Shown one piece after another: positions 28,729 through 37,717 of a stretch of DNA of 64,000 nt. The first letter of the stretch is position 1; the number at the start of each line of letters is the position of its first letter. The stretch comes from a virus. Below the pieces are notes generated by a model, which was not told the origin of the DNA, made no database searches, and was given only the letters and a program-made list of their open reading frames with translations. The stretch covers positions 71,954-135,953 of the IMG/VR virus record IMGVR_UViG_3300027749_000047, one strand, 5' to 3'. A program made the translations under genes and the position numbers.

Positions 28729-29465
28729 GATTCTTTGAAATCACAATAATTGTAATTACTGCCTTTTTTAGTTAGACATGTTTCTAGCATGACTGGCAGT
28801 TCTTTAATAGCAATGTGATTGTGTAGTGATTCCATGAGCAGTTCTAGTGTGTCATCGACCTCTTGCATTCTAGCTACTCGAAATTCTTTCCAGATAGCGT
28901 GCTCGCGGTTTTCGTACACGATAGAAAAATGGCTTAGATCAAGTGCTTTCATGTAAGCGTGCGTTTGCATAAGGTGTGGAAATAGAGGTGAGTTTTGTTT
29001 TAGTACATCTCGCCATTTGTTGCTGTTTACTGTTTTTAATTCCCACCCTGAGCCGTCACTGATTACGCCGTCCATAGCGCCTTTTACTAGCCAAGGATTG
29101 TACTCAACTTGAACCTCTATGTCAGCCAACCAACCTTGAGATAGGCCGGCAAGTTGCCATCTGTAATGCCCCCACGTTCCAGCGTTCATTACGTCAAAAC
29201 TGCCGTCTGAAGGGGTAAGTTTTTCTTCCCCTAAATACGACAATAGATGCTTACGTTGGCAGGAATCACCGATAAGCGATGGTCTAATGCGACCTGCTCC
29301 GCTGGTTCGTGAGTTGTCAAACGAATCGTTATGCATTACTTCTTGCAAACGAGCAAATGCTTCTGGCGTTATGACTGAACCGCTTTCACGCCATTTGCTC
29401 ATGCCAAATGTGACAGGCATGTCGTTATTGCCCATCACACTTTTTAGTAGGTTAACCATGTTCAT
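28695..29465 (-). CDS. Cas4-like PD-(D/E)XK exonuclease
   Basis: RPS..GDSC.R, GTWGH, GAMDG..ELKT, Q..AYM and a C-terminal C..C....C cluster. Confidence 0.8.
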   Translation of the reverse strand: MNMVNLLKSVMGNNDMPVTFGMSKWRESGSVITPEAFARLQEVMHNDSFDNSRTSGAGRIRPSLIGDSCQRKHLLSYLGEEKLTPSDGSFDVMNAGTWGHYRWQLAGLSQGWLADIEVQVEYNPWLVKGAMDGVISDGSGWELKTVNSNKWRDVLKQNSPLFPHLMQTHAYMKALDLSHFSIVYENREHAIWKEFRVARMQEVDDTLELLMESLHNHIAIKELPVMLETCLTKKGSNYNYCDFKESCPTAQWKELA

Positions 29466-32107
29466 GATTCTTCTCTTTCTAAGCCGATTAAAGCACCGGC
29501 ATCAAATAGCGCAGCGACAATACCGCCACATGCTGATGGTGTGTGACCTAGCCCAAGTGATTTTGCACCTGTGACTCTTCTTCCGCTTACTTTTCGTGCT
29601 AAATCATCAAGTGAAGTGTATGGTGCATGTCTGACAATCTCCTCTGCGGCTTTTGTGCCTACGTTCTTAATAGAGGTTAATCCTTTACGGATTGCGTTTT
29701 GTTTGATGTCAGCCGAGTAACCTTCTTGTGATCTATTTACATGTGGGGGTCTTATTTGTACTCCTGCTTCTCTAGCTGCTTTAAGGTAAAGCGGTTCTTG
29801 TTTTGCGCCTGTGTAGGAATGTAGCATTCCTGCCCAAAACGCTGCTGGGTGGTGCACTGAATAGTAACCAGTTATGTATGCTAAGACACCGTATGCTGTT
29901 GCATGTGCTTTGTTAAACCCATAGCCAGCGTATGCCTCAAGCGCTTCTTCTAGCCATGCCAAGTCATGAATGTTCATGCCTTTGGCTAATGCTAGTTCGC
30001 GTACACGCTTAAGTAGTTCTACCAATTCATCTCTTGCATCACCAACATTGGCGTTAGATGCTTTAATGACTTTGCGCATGCGTTCAATTTCTTCAGCGTC
30101 CAAACCAATATTGCGCATAACACCAATAACTTGTTCTTGGTATAAAAGCACGCCGTATGTGTCTTTGGTCTCATCAGAAATAATTGCGTGACGTTGCGGT
30201 ACTGGCTCTACTCTTTGCCTACGGTAAATGAAATCGTCAGTAGCGCCTGACTCCATAGTTGCAGGTCTAAACAGCGCCATAGCAGCAATAACATCAGCAA
30301 TCTTTGTAGGCTTTAACCTACGAACACCACTGCGGCTAGAACCGCCTTCCAACTGAAACATACCAACCGTATTGCCTTTAGACATAGCACTATATACAGA
30401 ACGATCATTAAGCGGAATGTCTTCAGGATTTACGCCTGAATACTCACTCATAATACGCAAAGCAGTTAGTGTTTTAAGGCCTAGCAAATCAAGTTTTACT
30501 AAACCTAAACGCTCAACATCATCTTTATCAAACGATGTCACCATAGTTTTACTTGAAGCAACATATTGCAGCGGGACCACAGATGCGGCTTCTGCGCTAG
30601 GTGCAACAAGTAATCCAGCAGCATGGACGCCATAGCCCAAGAATGCTTTCTTGTTTGCTAAACCTTTTAGTGCATTCCATTGATACGTAGTTAAAGGTAT
30701 GTCAGGGTCTGCGCCAAGTTTTCTTGCACGCATTTTCCATCGAACCATAAGGCTACCTTTTTGGTCATTTTCATCATCATCTAGACCCATTTGTAGCCAA
30801 GTGCTGATGTTAACAACGTGAAAGTTATCTCTAAGCCAGTTAACTACCTCATCTCGACGGTCATGCTCAACATCAATATCGATATCTGGTGGCTTAGTCC
30901 GGTCTTTTGATAAAAATCGGTCAAACCTTAATCCCCAAACAATTGGATCAAAAGATGTGATGCCTAATAGCCAACAAAGTAGCGAACCAGATGCTGAACC
31001 ACGAACGTTATAATTGATTTTGTTTTCGTCCATGTATCTGCAAACAGCAGCAGTAAATACTAAATAGCCTGAAAAACCAGCATTTGTAATAACATCTAAT
31101 TCTTCATAGATACGGTCTAAGTAAGCCTTTTTCTTGCTTGGCTTTAACTTTCCTGTTTCTATTTTGTAATCTAATGATTTTAAACTTACTTCTGCTAGTT
31201 CTTTTTCAGGATTTCCAGTAACTGTCGTGTCAGGTACTTTAAGCGAAAAAGTATCCAACTCTGGAATTACTACTTTTGCTTTAGACAACAAATCATCAAG
31301 CCCTTGCATTCCTGCGTTAAAAATTGCTGGGGCGTGGTGTTCTTTCATCCATTGTGTATCTACCATGTGGTACCCATCACCAGGAAACAGCGCATCCTCT
31401 GGGTCTTCTGACCAAGATACAAGCTCTTTCATGGTGTCATGCAGTACACGATCAGACTCTTCTACATAATGCGAGTCTTGCGTAATAATCACCGGTAGAC
31501 CGTGCTTTTGTGCAATGCGCCATTGAAGGTTTGAGTGCAGGTCGCTATCTTGACCATCTAAATAGATTGCGTGGTTTTGTATTTCTACATAAAGACCTGA
31601 ACCAAACCAGCCAGCCATACTCATAAGTAGGTTATCTGTAATCTTGTCGATGTCTGCATTTGGTGTTTTTAGTGTTTCAGACAAGACACCAAACCAACAG
31701 CCGGTCATTGCTGCAATGCCATCTAATCTTCCGTCTTCAGCAGCTTGTGCTAAGTCCGCAAAGTCTAGAATTGGCTTGTATTTGAACTGTTGGTGTGACT
31801 GCGTAACAAGCCCGGAAAGGTTGCGATAGCCTCTTTCACTTGTTGCAAGCATACCTAAGTGCATAGTGTCTGGGCGTTTTTGTTCTCTGTTAACTGCGAT
31901 GTATGCTTCAACACCAGGCAAAGGCAATATTCCGGCTTTTCTGCAACCTGTATAAAGTTGCACAGAGCCAGCCATTGTTCCATGATCTGTTAACCCAAGA
32001 GCAGGGTATTCTAACTCTTTGGCTTTATTGACTATTGCATCGACGGTTGGCAGAGCATCTTTAACAGAGTAGCGACTGTGTGTGTGTGCACTCCAAAACG
32101 TGCTCAT
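29462..32107 (-). CDS. dnaE: DNA polymerase III alpha subunit-like (family C), compact
   Basis: PHP motifs HTHSRYS, TDHG, GVEAY, DSHY; RGSASGSL; PPDIDID; HAAG; KLDLLGLKTL; FQLE; YGFNKAHA. Confidence 0.95.
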   Translation of the reverse strand: MSTFWSAHTHSRYSVKDALPTVDAIVNKAKELEYPALGLTDHGTMAGSVQLYTGCRKAGILPLPGVEAYIAVNREQKRPDTMHLGMLATSERGYRNLSGLVTQSHQQFKYKPILDFADLAQAAEDGRLDGIAAMTGCWFGVLSETLKTPNADIDKITDNLLMSMAGWFGSGLYVEIQNHAIYLDGQDSDLHSNLQWRIAQKHGLPVIITQDSHYVEESDRVLHDTMKELVSWSEDPEDALFPGDGYHMVDTQWMKEHHAPAIFNAGMQGLDDLLSKAKVVIPELDTFSLKVPDTTVTGNPEKELAEVSLKSLDYKIETGKLKPSKKKAYLDRIYEELDVITNAGFSGYLVFTAAVCRYMDENKINYNVRGSASGSLLCWLLGITSFDPIVWGLRFDRFLSKDRTKPPDIDIDVEHDRRDEVVNWLRDNFHVVNISTWLQMGLDDDENDQKGSLMVRWKMRARKLGADPDIPLTTYQWNALKGLANKKAFLGYGVHAAGLLVAPSAEAASVVPLQYVASSKTMVTSFDKDDVERLGLVKLDLLGLKTLTALRIMSEYSGVNPEDIPLNDRSVYSAMSKGNTVGMFQLEGGSSRSGVRRLKPTKIADVIAAMALFRPATMESGATDDFIYRRQRVEPVPQRHAIISDETKDTYGVLLYQEQVIGVMRNIGLDAEEIERMRKVIKASNANVGDARDELVELLKRVRELALAKGMNIHDLAWLEEALEAYAGYGFNKAHATAYGVLAYITGYYSVHHPAAFWAGMLHSYTGAKQEPLYLKAAREAGVQIRPPHVNRSQEGYSADIKQNAIRKGLTSIKNVGTKAAEEIVRHAPYTSLDDLARKVSGRRVTGAKSLGLGHTPSACGGIVAALFDAGALIGLEREES

Positions 32108-32127
32108 TATTTCTCCTGAAATATGTA

Positions 32128-32165
32128 GACAACAAAGGAGGCTGCCCCGCAGGACAGCCCCCTTC
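32128..32165 (-). terminator. Intrinsic terminator between the SSB-like gene and dnaE
   Basis: GGGGGCTGTCC-TGCG-GGGCAGCCTCC-TTTGTTG. Confidence 0.7.
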
Positions 32166-32175
32166 GTAGTTATGA

Positions 32176-33078
32176 TTAAACGTTGTGCGCTTCGGCAAGT
32201 GCAATCAACGCAGAGCGTGTGGACCGTGGCGGAATAGAAACATTAGCCTTAGTCAACAGTGTCTTAAGACGCACATCAGAAATAGATGCATACTTGTTAT
32301 CATCTGCAGATTCAGTCTCAATGACTGCTTCTTCGTATGATTCAACAACATCGTATTCTTCATCTGCGATAGTTGTTTCAATGTGCGTAGATGAGAGACT
32401 GCGAACAAACTCTTCAACATCCTTGCGAACGGAAGCAAATACTTCAACCAAATCGTACGGTTCAGGTAGTTCAACCGGTGGTTCGTCCTTGATTTGCTTA
32501 ACGCTCAAGGTAGTGCTCAAGCCAGTTCCACTGACAGTAAGTGCCCACGGATGAGTTGTGCAAGAGAAGTTCTCGTCAACATCCTTGTATGTGTTAAAAG
32601 CCTTAAACAAGTCTCTTGCTCGCGCAGCGCTCATCTTAAGAATGACATGCTTACCTTCTTCAGTAAGAATGTTTACAGCAACCTTGTCTTGGCCTTTAAC
32701 ACGACCATCTGCAGGTGGGAACCTTAGTGATGGCACAACAAGTTCAAGTAGAGGGTCAGTGCCTCGTGGGGCATATTGACGAAGCCTTTCGCCTGTTTCA
32801 GGGTCTTCAACAATAACTTGGTCGTTGACTGGGAACTCTCGGCAACCTGGTGGGAGTTGGAAACCTCCACGCAGACCGTCAAAAGCTGCAACTTCACGGT
32901 AAATGTACCATCCGTGATCTTCAGCCATTGTTTCTTTGTCTGTCAAGAAACGAACAATGGTTGTGCCCTTTTCAAGGCGGTAGATAGGACGGTAATTGCT
33001 GTTATTCTTTTGCGGCTGAGCGTATCCATCGATACCGGCCAGCAACATGTCTTCGTCGATGTTGTAATCAATCGGCAT
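32176..33078 (-). CDS. Putative ssDNA-binding protein (gp32-like)
   Basis: ATG at 33078 after AAAGGAG; RLEKGTTIVRFL motif; acidic tail; located in the replication operon. Confidence 0.55.
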   Translation of the reverse strand: MPIDYNIDEDMLLAGIDGYAQPQKNNSNYRPIYRLEKGTTIVRFLTDKETMAEDHGWYIYREVAAFDGLRGGFQLPPGCREFPVNDQVIVEDPETGERLRQYAPRGTDPLLELVVPSLRFPPADGRVKGQDKVAVNILTEEGKHVILKMSAARARDLFKAFNTYKDVDENFSCTTHPWALTVSGTGLSTTLSVKQIKDEPPVELPEPYDLVEVFASVRKDVEEFVRSLSSTHIETTIADEEYDVVESYEEAVIETESADDNKYASISDVRLKTLLTKANVSIPPRSTRSALIALAEAHNV

Positions 33079-33079
33079 G

Positions 33080-33367
33080 TTAACCAATCTCCTTTGCTTT
33101 CTTTGCTTGTAACGCGGCTTCACGCTTAGCGTCAATGATGGCTGCCAAGTTTTCGGCAGTTTGGAATGCAGTGCCTAGCGCAATTGATTGCGCACGATCA
33201 CTGGCTTCGTCGGATGTTTCTTCTGGCAATACAGCAATACATGCTTCTGCAGTTGCCCATTGTGTCTGCCCATTCACCAAAAAGGTATGGGTAACTTTTA
33301 CTGTTACTTTATCGCCGTCGCTAATGGGGATGGGCGCGTAAACATCGTCATCTTGCTCGTTACTCAT
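33080..33367 (-). CDS. Hypothetical protein
   Basis: Start MSNEQDDD at 33367. Confidence 0.6.
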   Translation of the reverse strand: MSNEQDDDVYAPIPISDGDKVTVKVTHTFLVNGQTQWATAEACIAVLPEETSDEASDRAQSIALGTAFQTAENLAAIIDAKREAALQAKKAKEIG

Positions 33368-33782
33368 TTGTATCTTCTTCCGTGTTTGTGACTTCACTGA
33401 TTGATAGCCACGGCTTGCGCGGTTTAATCATAATGATTTTGTTAGCCAGGTCAGACTCTAAACCACCATTAGTTACTATACGGTTAAATGACGTTTTGTC
33501 CAACACAGACTTGGTTACTTTTGAATACAATTCTGGCGCTTCTGCTTTTAGCACCGCTAGGTCAACGTCAAAAGTTTCACTGCGCATTACTTTTGCTTTG
33601 AATTGTCGACTATCAATCTCAAACTCAACCTTGTCAAAAGTATCGGCTAGTTGTTCTTGAATGTCTTCAATTTCATGCTCAATCTCGGCCTTGCGTGATT
33701 TGAGCTGGAGCAAGCGGTAAAGATCTGCTGTTAGTTCTTCATCCGCTTTTGCTATTTCTTCTGTGTCAATAATATTTGACAT
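33360..33782 (-). CDS. Hypothetical coiled-coil protein
   Basis: RBS AAGGAG; in the replication operon. Confidence 0.65.
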   Translation of the reverse strand: MSNIIDTEEIAKADEELTADLYRLLQLKSRKAEIEHEIEDIQEQLADTFDKVEFEIDSRQFKAKVMRSETFDVDLAVLKAEAPELYSKVTKSVLDKTSFNRIVTNGGLESDLANKIIMIKPRKPWLSISEVTNTEEDTNE

Positions 33783-33790
33783 CTCTCTCC

Positions 33791-34615
33791 TTAACTGTGT
33801 TTTTTGTATGTGCTATTGGTTATTAAGCTGCGAATACTAGTGATTCTGTCACCTACTTTTATTTCGCCAGGATCGTTTCCACCTACTGTAGACCAGTGGT
33901 GTGACAAAACTGGGGAAATGTCGTTCAGTTGGTGTTTTGCTCTTTGAGCCGCACCCCAACCAGCCGTGTCATCATCAAAAGCAGCAATTACTACCTTTGG
34001 TGATAAATCTGCAATCATTTGTACTTGTGGCGCATGTAGACCAGAGCCAAAACAACCTAGTACAGTCCAGTGGTCTGGTATGCCGGATTGGTCTAAAGCC
34101 ATCACATCAGCTGCTCCTTCAACAAGCACGACTACTCTTGATGGCTTGTATTCGCCATAAAAAGTTGCTGATGTACGTACACCGTATGGGTATTTGTATT
34201 TGGCTTTTTCATCCTCATGCCTAGTAACAACACCAATAAGTTCATTGTTTTGATTTCTTATTGGATATGTTGGTGAACCATCAAGATAATTTGTTCCGCA
34301 TCTGTGTTTAGTTGCAGTCTCAATACCAAACCTTTTTACCCAGTATGGGCTTGGGCTGTGTGCATCAAATACATCAAGCCATGCTTCTGAATAGATACGT
34401 GGTGGTACATCACCTGCAAGTACGCGAATAATGTCTTCTACAGTTGGTACATAGCCTTCTGTAGTTCCGTGTGCTTTACATGCATGGCAATACCACACAC
34501 CTTTGCCAACATTTACGGATGCTGATGCATTACCGTCATCGTGTACAGGGCAACAGAATGATCTCTCTAATCCTCTTCCTGTAGATAGAGCCTCATCTAG
34601 TGTTATTCGTTTCAT
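33791..34615 (-). CDS. dnaG: DNA primase (CHC2 zinc finger plus TOPRIM)
   Basis: CPVHDD..WYCHAC; VEGAAD; FDDDTAG. Confidence 0.88.
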   Translation of the reverse strand: MKRITLDEALSTGRGLERSFCCPVHDDGNASASVNVGKGVWYCHACKAHGTTEGYVPTVEDIIRVLAGDVPPRIYSEAWLDVFDAHSPSPYWVKRFGIETATKHRCGTNYLDGSPTYPIRNQNNELIGVVTRHEDEKAKYKYPYGVRTSATFYGEYKPSRVVVLVEGAADVMALDQSGIPDHWTVLGCFGSGLHAPQVQMIADLSPKVVIAAFDDDTAGWGAAQRAKHQLNDISPVLSHHWSTVGGNDPGEIKVGDRITSIRSLITNSTYKKHS

Positions 34616-34618
34616 TTC

Positions 34619-35917
34619 TTACCCCATTTGCATTTCTTCAGCTTCGTCATCAGCCATTCTCATTTCTGCTGCACGTTCGGCGCTAATGTCGCCAAAGCGT
34701 CCAAAGGTTGGGTCAAACTCAGTAAACCAGCGCGAACCAGATTCACCGTGTCGATACTTAGTGAGTGAGTTAAGCAATACATGCTTAGATACTCTTTTGA
34801 GCGTCACTAACGCGTCAGCATCTTGTCCTAAAGCATCAGATTGTGCTAAATGTTCAGCGCCTGGTGTTTTGTCTGAGTTGCCTCCAGCGCGGTTTATTTG
34901 TGCCGCGGCAATGATTGGGACATTGCGATTAAGTGCTACTTCTTTAAGTTGGTTAGAAATAGCAGCCATTGCTCGCCAGTCTTCAATAGCGCGTGAGCCG
35001 GTTGTTGTGTGCATAAGGCCAACGTAGTCCACGATAACTAATGTGTTATCACCTGCAACGGCTGAGATGACTGATGCGTCACATCTGCCTTTGGATGGAT
35101 CATAGACACTAATTGTTCCTGTGGCTGTTTCTGACCACTTTTCCAATAGTTTGCGGCGTGTATCAATGTCTATTTCTGTCCATGGACGTTTGTAGTCTTT
35201 GAATGCCACTCGATGAATACGATCTTGTACGGATTTAGCAGGCATTTCGAGACTGAAGTATGCAACATCCCAGCCACCTTCTGCTGCAGCAACAGCATGT
35301 TGAATCATTTTCCATGATTTACCAATACCTAAACGCGCTGCTACAAACCACAAATCACCTGCAGCAATACCACCAGTGATTGCGCTAAGCATTCCATACG
35401 GTACTGGGCACATGTTGAGCTCTTGCTCATTCTCCAAAAGTGTTAAATCTGTAGCATCAATGCCCATACCAATGGCTGGTTGTATTTGCGATAAACCATT
35501 TTTTAGGTAATCAATAGCCTCATCGTTTGCGTCTTCTGCAAGAGATGCTGATGCTTTAGACATTGCTGAACGTAAAACTCTGTTTGTGTGTGCATCAGAT
35601 AGTTGACTTGCTGCCCATACAGGGTTTATGTCTGATGTGTACGGGAACCGTGGGTACTTTTCTTGAAGTAAGTGAACTGGTGGAGCACAGTTAGCATCCT
35701 GTTGGTATTTCATACAAAACTCATGAATAGGTTTGTGGCCTGATATTTGTTCTGTCTTAACACCAAACATACCTGGGATATAGACACCGGTATCTATTAG
35801 CGCTGAAATAAACAATGCTTCTGGAGCATGATCTGCTGTAGAACCGTAGTTAACTTGTATGTGCTTATCACTGACCAGTTTCATGTAACTGTTTTTCTCT
35901 TGTTTTTGTAATCCCAT
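34619..35917 (-). CDS. dnaB: DnaB-like replicative helicase
   Basis: AARLGIGKS, FSLEM, IVDYVGLM, QINR and SDALGQDAD motifs. Confidence 0.9.
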   Translation of the reverse strand: MGLQKQEKNSYMKLVSDKHIQVNYGSTADHAPEALFISALIDTGVYIPGMFGVKTEQISGHKPIHEFCMKYQQDANCAPPVHLLQEKYPRFPYTSDINPVWAASQLSDAHTNRVLRSAMSKASASLAEDANDEAIDYLKNGLSQIQPAIGMGIDATDLTLLENEQELNMCPVPYGMLSAITGGIAAGDLWFVAARLGIGKSWKMIQHAVAAAEGGWDVAYFSLEMPAKSVQDRIHRVAFKDYKRPWTEIDIDTRRKLLEKWSETATGTISVYDPSKGRCDASVISAVAGDNTLVIVDYVGLMHTTTGSRAIEDWRAMAAISNQLKEVALNRNVPIIAAAQINRAGGNSDKTPGAEHLAQSDALGQDADALVTLKRVSKHVLLNSLTKYRHGESGSRWFTEFDPTFGRFGDISAERAAEMRMADDEAEEMQMG

Positions 35918-36053
35918 TTTTTCTCCTGTGTGTATAAAACAAAATAGCCTTAAGTCTGTATCTAGAATTACCTAGACTAAGGCTTAAAGCTATTTTTGGG
36001 AAGTCAAAAGTTAAAATCTTTTAGGCATACTGCCCCCTCCCCGTGTAAGAGCA

Positions 36054-36062
36054 ATTATACCA
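36054..36062 (-). promoter_or_regulatory. Extended -10 promoter for the leftward replication operon
   Basis: TGGTATAAT on the minus strand. Confidence 0.55.
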
Positions 36063-36174
36063 GATAAATCTGAATAGGAATACCTAACAGGAAGCCATAG
36101 CAGGTAATACTTTGTAACAATCTGATAACAAGAACTTATGGGTAATCAAAGTGGGGTTGCGATTAGAAAGCATA

Positions 36175-36183
36175 TGATACAAT
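36175..36183 (+). promoter_or_regulatory. Extended -10 promoter (rightward)
   Basis: TGATACAAT. Confidence 0.5.
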
Positions 36184-36185
36184 AA

Positions 36186-36410
36186 AGGCTGAGTACGTAG
36201 TGTTCAGAAAGCAGATTAAATAACATTCACAATAACACTCCATTAAAAGTGTTAAAGTGAAAGAAGCGAAAGCAAAAAATCTGAGTACTTAACTGAGCAT
36301 AGCTGTTAAAGCGAAGCGCCACTACGGTACGGAAGCCTAAACATATAGCGATAACCACTGTAAAAAATAGGCAAGGAATAACCCTTGTTAACGCAGGGGT
36401 TTTTTCTTTT
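36186..36410 (+). ncRNA. Candidate rod-shaped ncRNA (6S-like shape)
   Basis: Nested stems from 36186 to 36338 with a central asymmetric bubble, bounded by a promoter and a terminator. Confidence 0.5.
36380..36410 (+). terminator. Intrinsic terminator
   Basis: AACCCTTG-TTAACG-CAGGGGTT-TTTTCTTTT. Confidence 0.7.
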
Positions 36411-36448
36411 GTGTACACTAGACACATAACTACAATCAAGGAGCAATA

Positions 36449-36865
36449 ATGGCAATATCACGTATTACAGGCACTCAAGCATTTTCACACATGAATGTTT
36501 GGCGTCTTAATGAAAAAAATGGTTTTCTTGGCTACTGCCACAGAACATGTCAGAATGCTTGGGGACTACCTCCTAAGTATGAATCAGCTATTGATGCATG
36601 GAATCATGTACCTAAGCAGCATCGTCATACAGATCCAACTAAGGCTCCTATAGGAAGTCCCCATTTTTGGGAAGGTGGCTTGTATGGGCATGTGGCGCTT
36701 CAGTCAGATAAGAAAGATGTTGTTATTACTACTGATGCCCCTCGCCCTAATTACATTGGTTTAGAGCACATGGATTTCTTTACTAAGAACTGGGGTAAGA
36801 AGTATCTTGGTTGGGCTTCCCAGTACAACGATGTTGATTTGCAGTTGGGTAAGATGCCTTCATGA
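36449..36865 (+). CDS. Endolysin-like Cys/His peptidase (CHAP/NlpC-like)
   Basis: GYCHRTCQNAWG..SAIDAW..APIGSPHFW.GG.YGHVA..YLGW; RBS AAGGAG. Confidence 0.75.
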   Translation: MAISRITGTQAFSHMNVWRLNEKNGFLGYCHRTCQNAWGLPPKYESAIDAWNHVPKQHRHTDPTKAPIGSPHFWEGGLYGHVALQSDKKDVVITTDAPRPNYIGLEHMDFFTKNWGKKYLGWASQYNDVDLQLGKMPS

Positions 36866-37005
36866 TTAAATGGCTCAAGAGTTTAGATTGGGAACTTGTA
36901 TTGTTCAGGTTCATTATTCTTATGACCGGCGCTTGGGCATTATTCAATGCTTTCTTACTAGCTGATTTGTTTTATTGGTACAAGACAGGTCACAATTTCT
37001 GGTAA
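36862..37005 (+). CDS. 47-aa membrane peptide coupled to the lysin (not in the ORF track)
   Basis: ATGA overlap; MIKWLKSLDWELVLFRFIILMTGAWALFNAFLLADLFYWYKTGHNFW. Confidence 0.6.
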   Translation: MIKWLKSLDWELVLFRFIILMTGAWALFNAFLLADLFYWYKTGHNFW

Positions 37006-37154
37006 TATTTTGCTTAGTGTGGGCTTCCTAGGACGTGCCTTTACTAGCCGCAGTATTGTGGCTCCGTATGGAGTACCAATACCGCCTTGCCAAGACCCTC
37101 GTGCACCACATTCTTTCAGTGTTTGTGGGAGCGGGGGTTTTGTGCTACATTTAA

Positions 37155-37226
37155 GGTACTGTAGTCCAATAGAGCAGAGACGGCCAGAAAATGGAGGGAT
37201 TGCAGGTTCAAATCCTGCCAGTACCA
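37155..37226 (+). tRNA. Degenerate tRNA-like element (Phe-like, shortened anticodon arm)
   Basis: Perfect acceptor stem GGTACTG/CAGTACC-A and T-arm GCAGG-TTCAAAT-CCTGC. Anticodon region CCA-GAAAA-TGG is too short. D-loop lacks GG. Confidence 0.6.
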
Positions 37227-37531
37227 CTTCGCTAGTCTATGCACCATGACGTCTGGGAGTATGGGCCTCCATTAAATTGGGCGGCGGAGTCTTTTATGGA
37301 ATAAGAGTTTGTTTATTCCAAGTTATATGATAAGTTTTCTTTTAACAGCACGGATTGCAACTGTGTTGGTGAGTGGCTGAAAAAAGTCTCCTGTTTAGGT
37401 GGGATGATAAAGCACAACGTGGGTTTAGCGGCCTGGACTTAGCGGTCTAAAGCGTTGGTAGGAACAAGGCGGTACATAGGATACCTAAACTTCTCCTTGG
37501 TGGTAACAGACAATCCACCCTTACAACCTTA

Positions 37532-37580
37532 AGGCCCCGTATGCGGACATGATCTGATTGTGACCGGTACGGGGTCTTTT
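37532..37580 (+). terminator. Long hairpin plus U tract
   Basis: AGGCCCCGTA...TACGGGGTCT-TTT. Confidence 0.55.
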
Positions 37581-37717
37581 GTGATTTTAGTAGTGTAGAA
37601 CCTGTGAAATTGGTAGTGTTATATTGTTTACATTGAAATATAACAAAACCACGCTAAGTGTTACATTGTTGCATCTTAGTGCAACACTTTGCTTGGTTAT
37701 GTTGCACCACAATGCAA

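Noticed and set aside
28695-29465. CRISPR-Cas system suggested by the Cas4-like gene
   Set aside because: No repeat-spacer array and no other cas gene seen; standalone Cas4-like exonucleases are ordinary in phage replication modules.
37010-37249. 79-aa ORF across the RNA cluster
   Set aside because: No RBS, overlaps the tRNA-like element and hairpins, and has atypical composition.
37532-37576. Group II intron domain V resemblance (CCGTATGCGG...GTACGG)
   Set aside because: No AGC/CGC catalytic triad, no GNRA cap, no intron-encoded RT; it reads better as a terminator.
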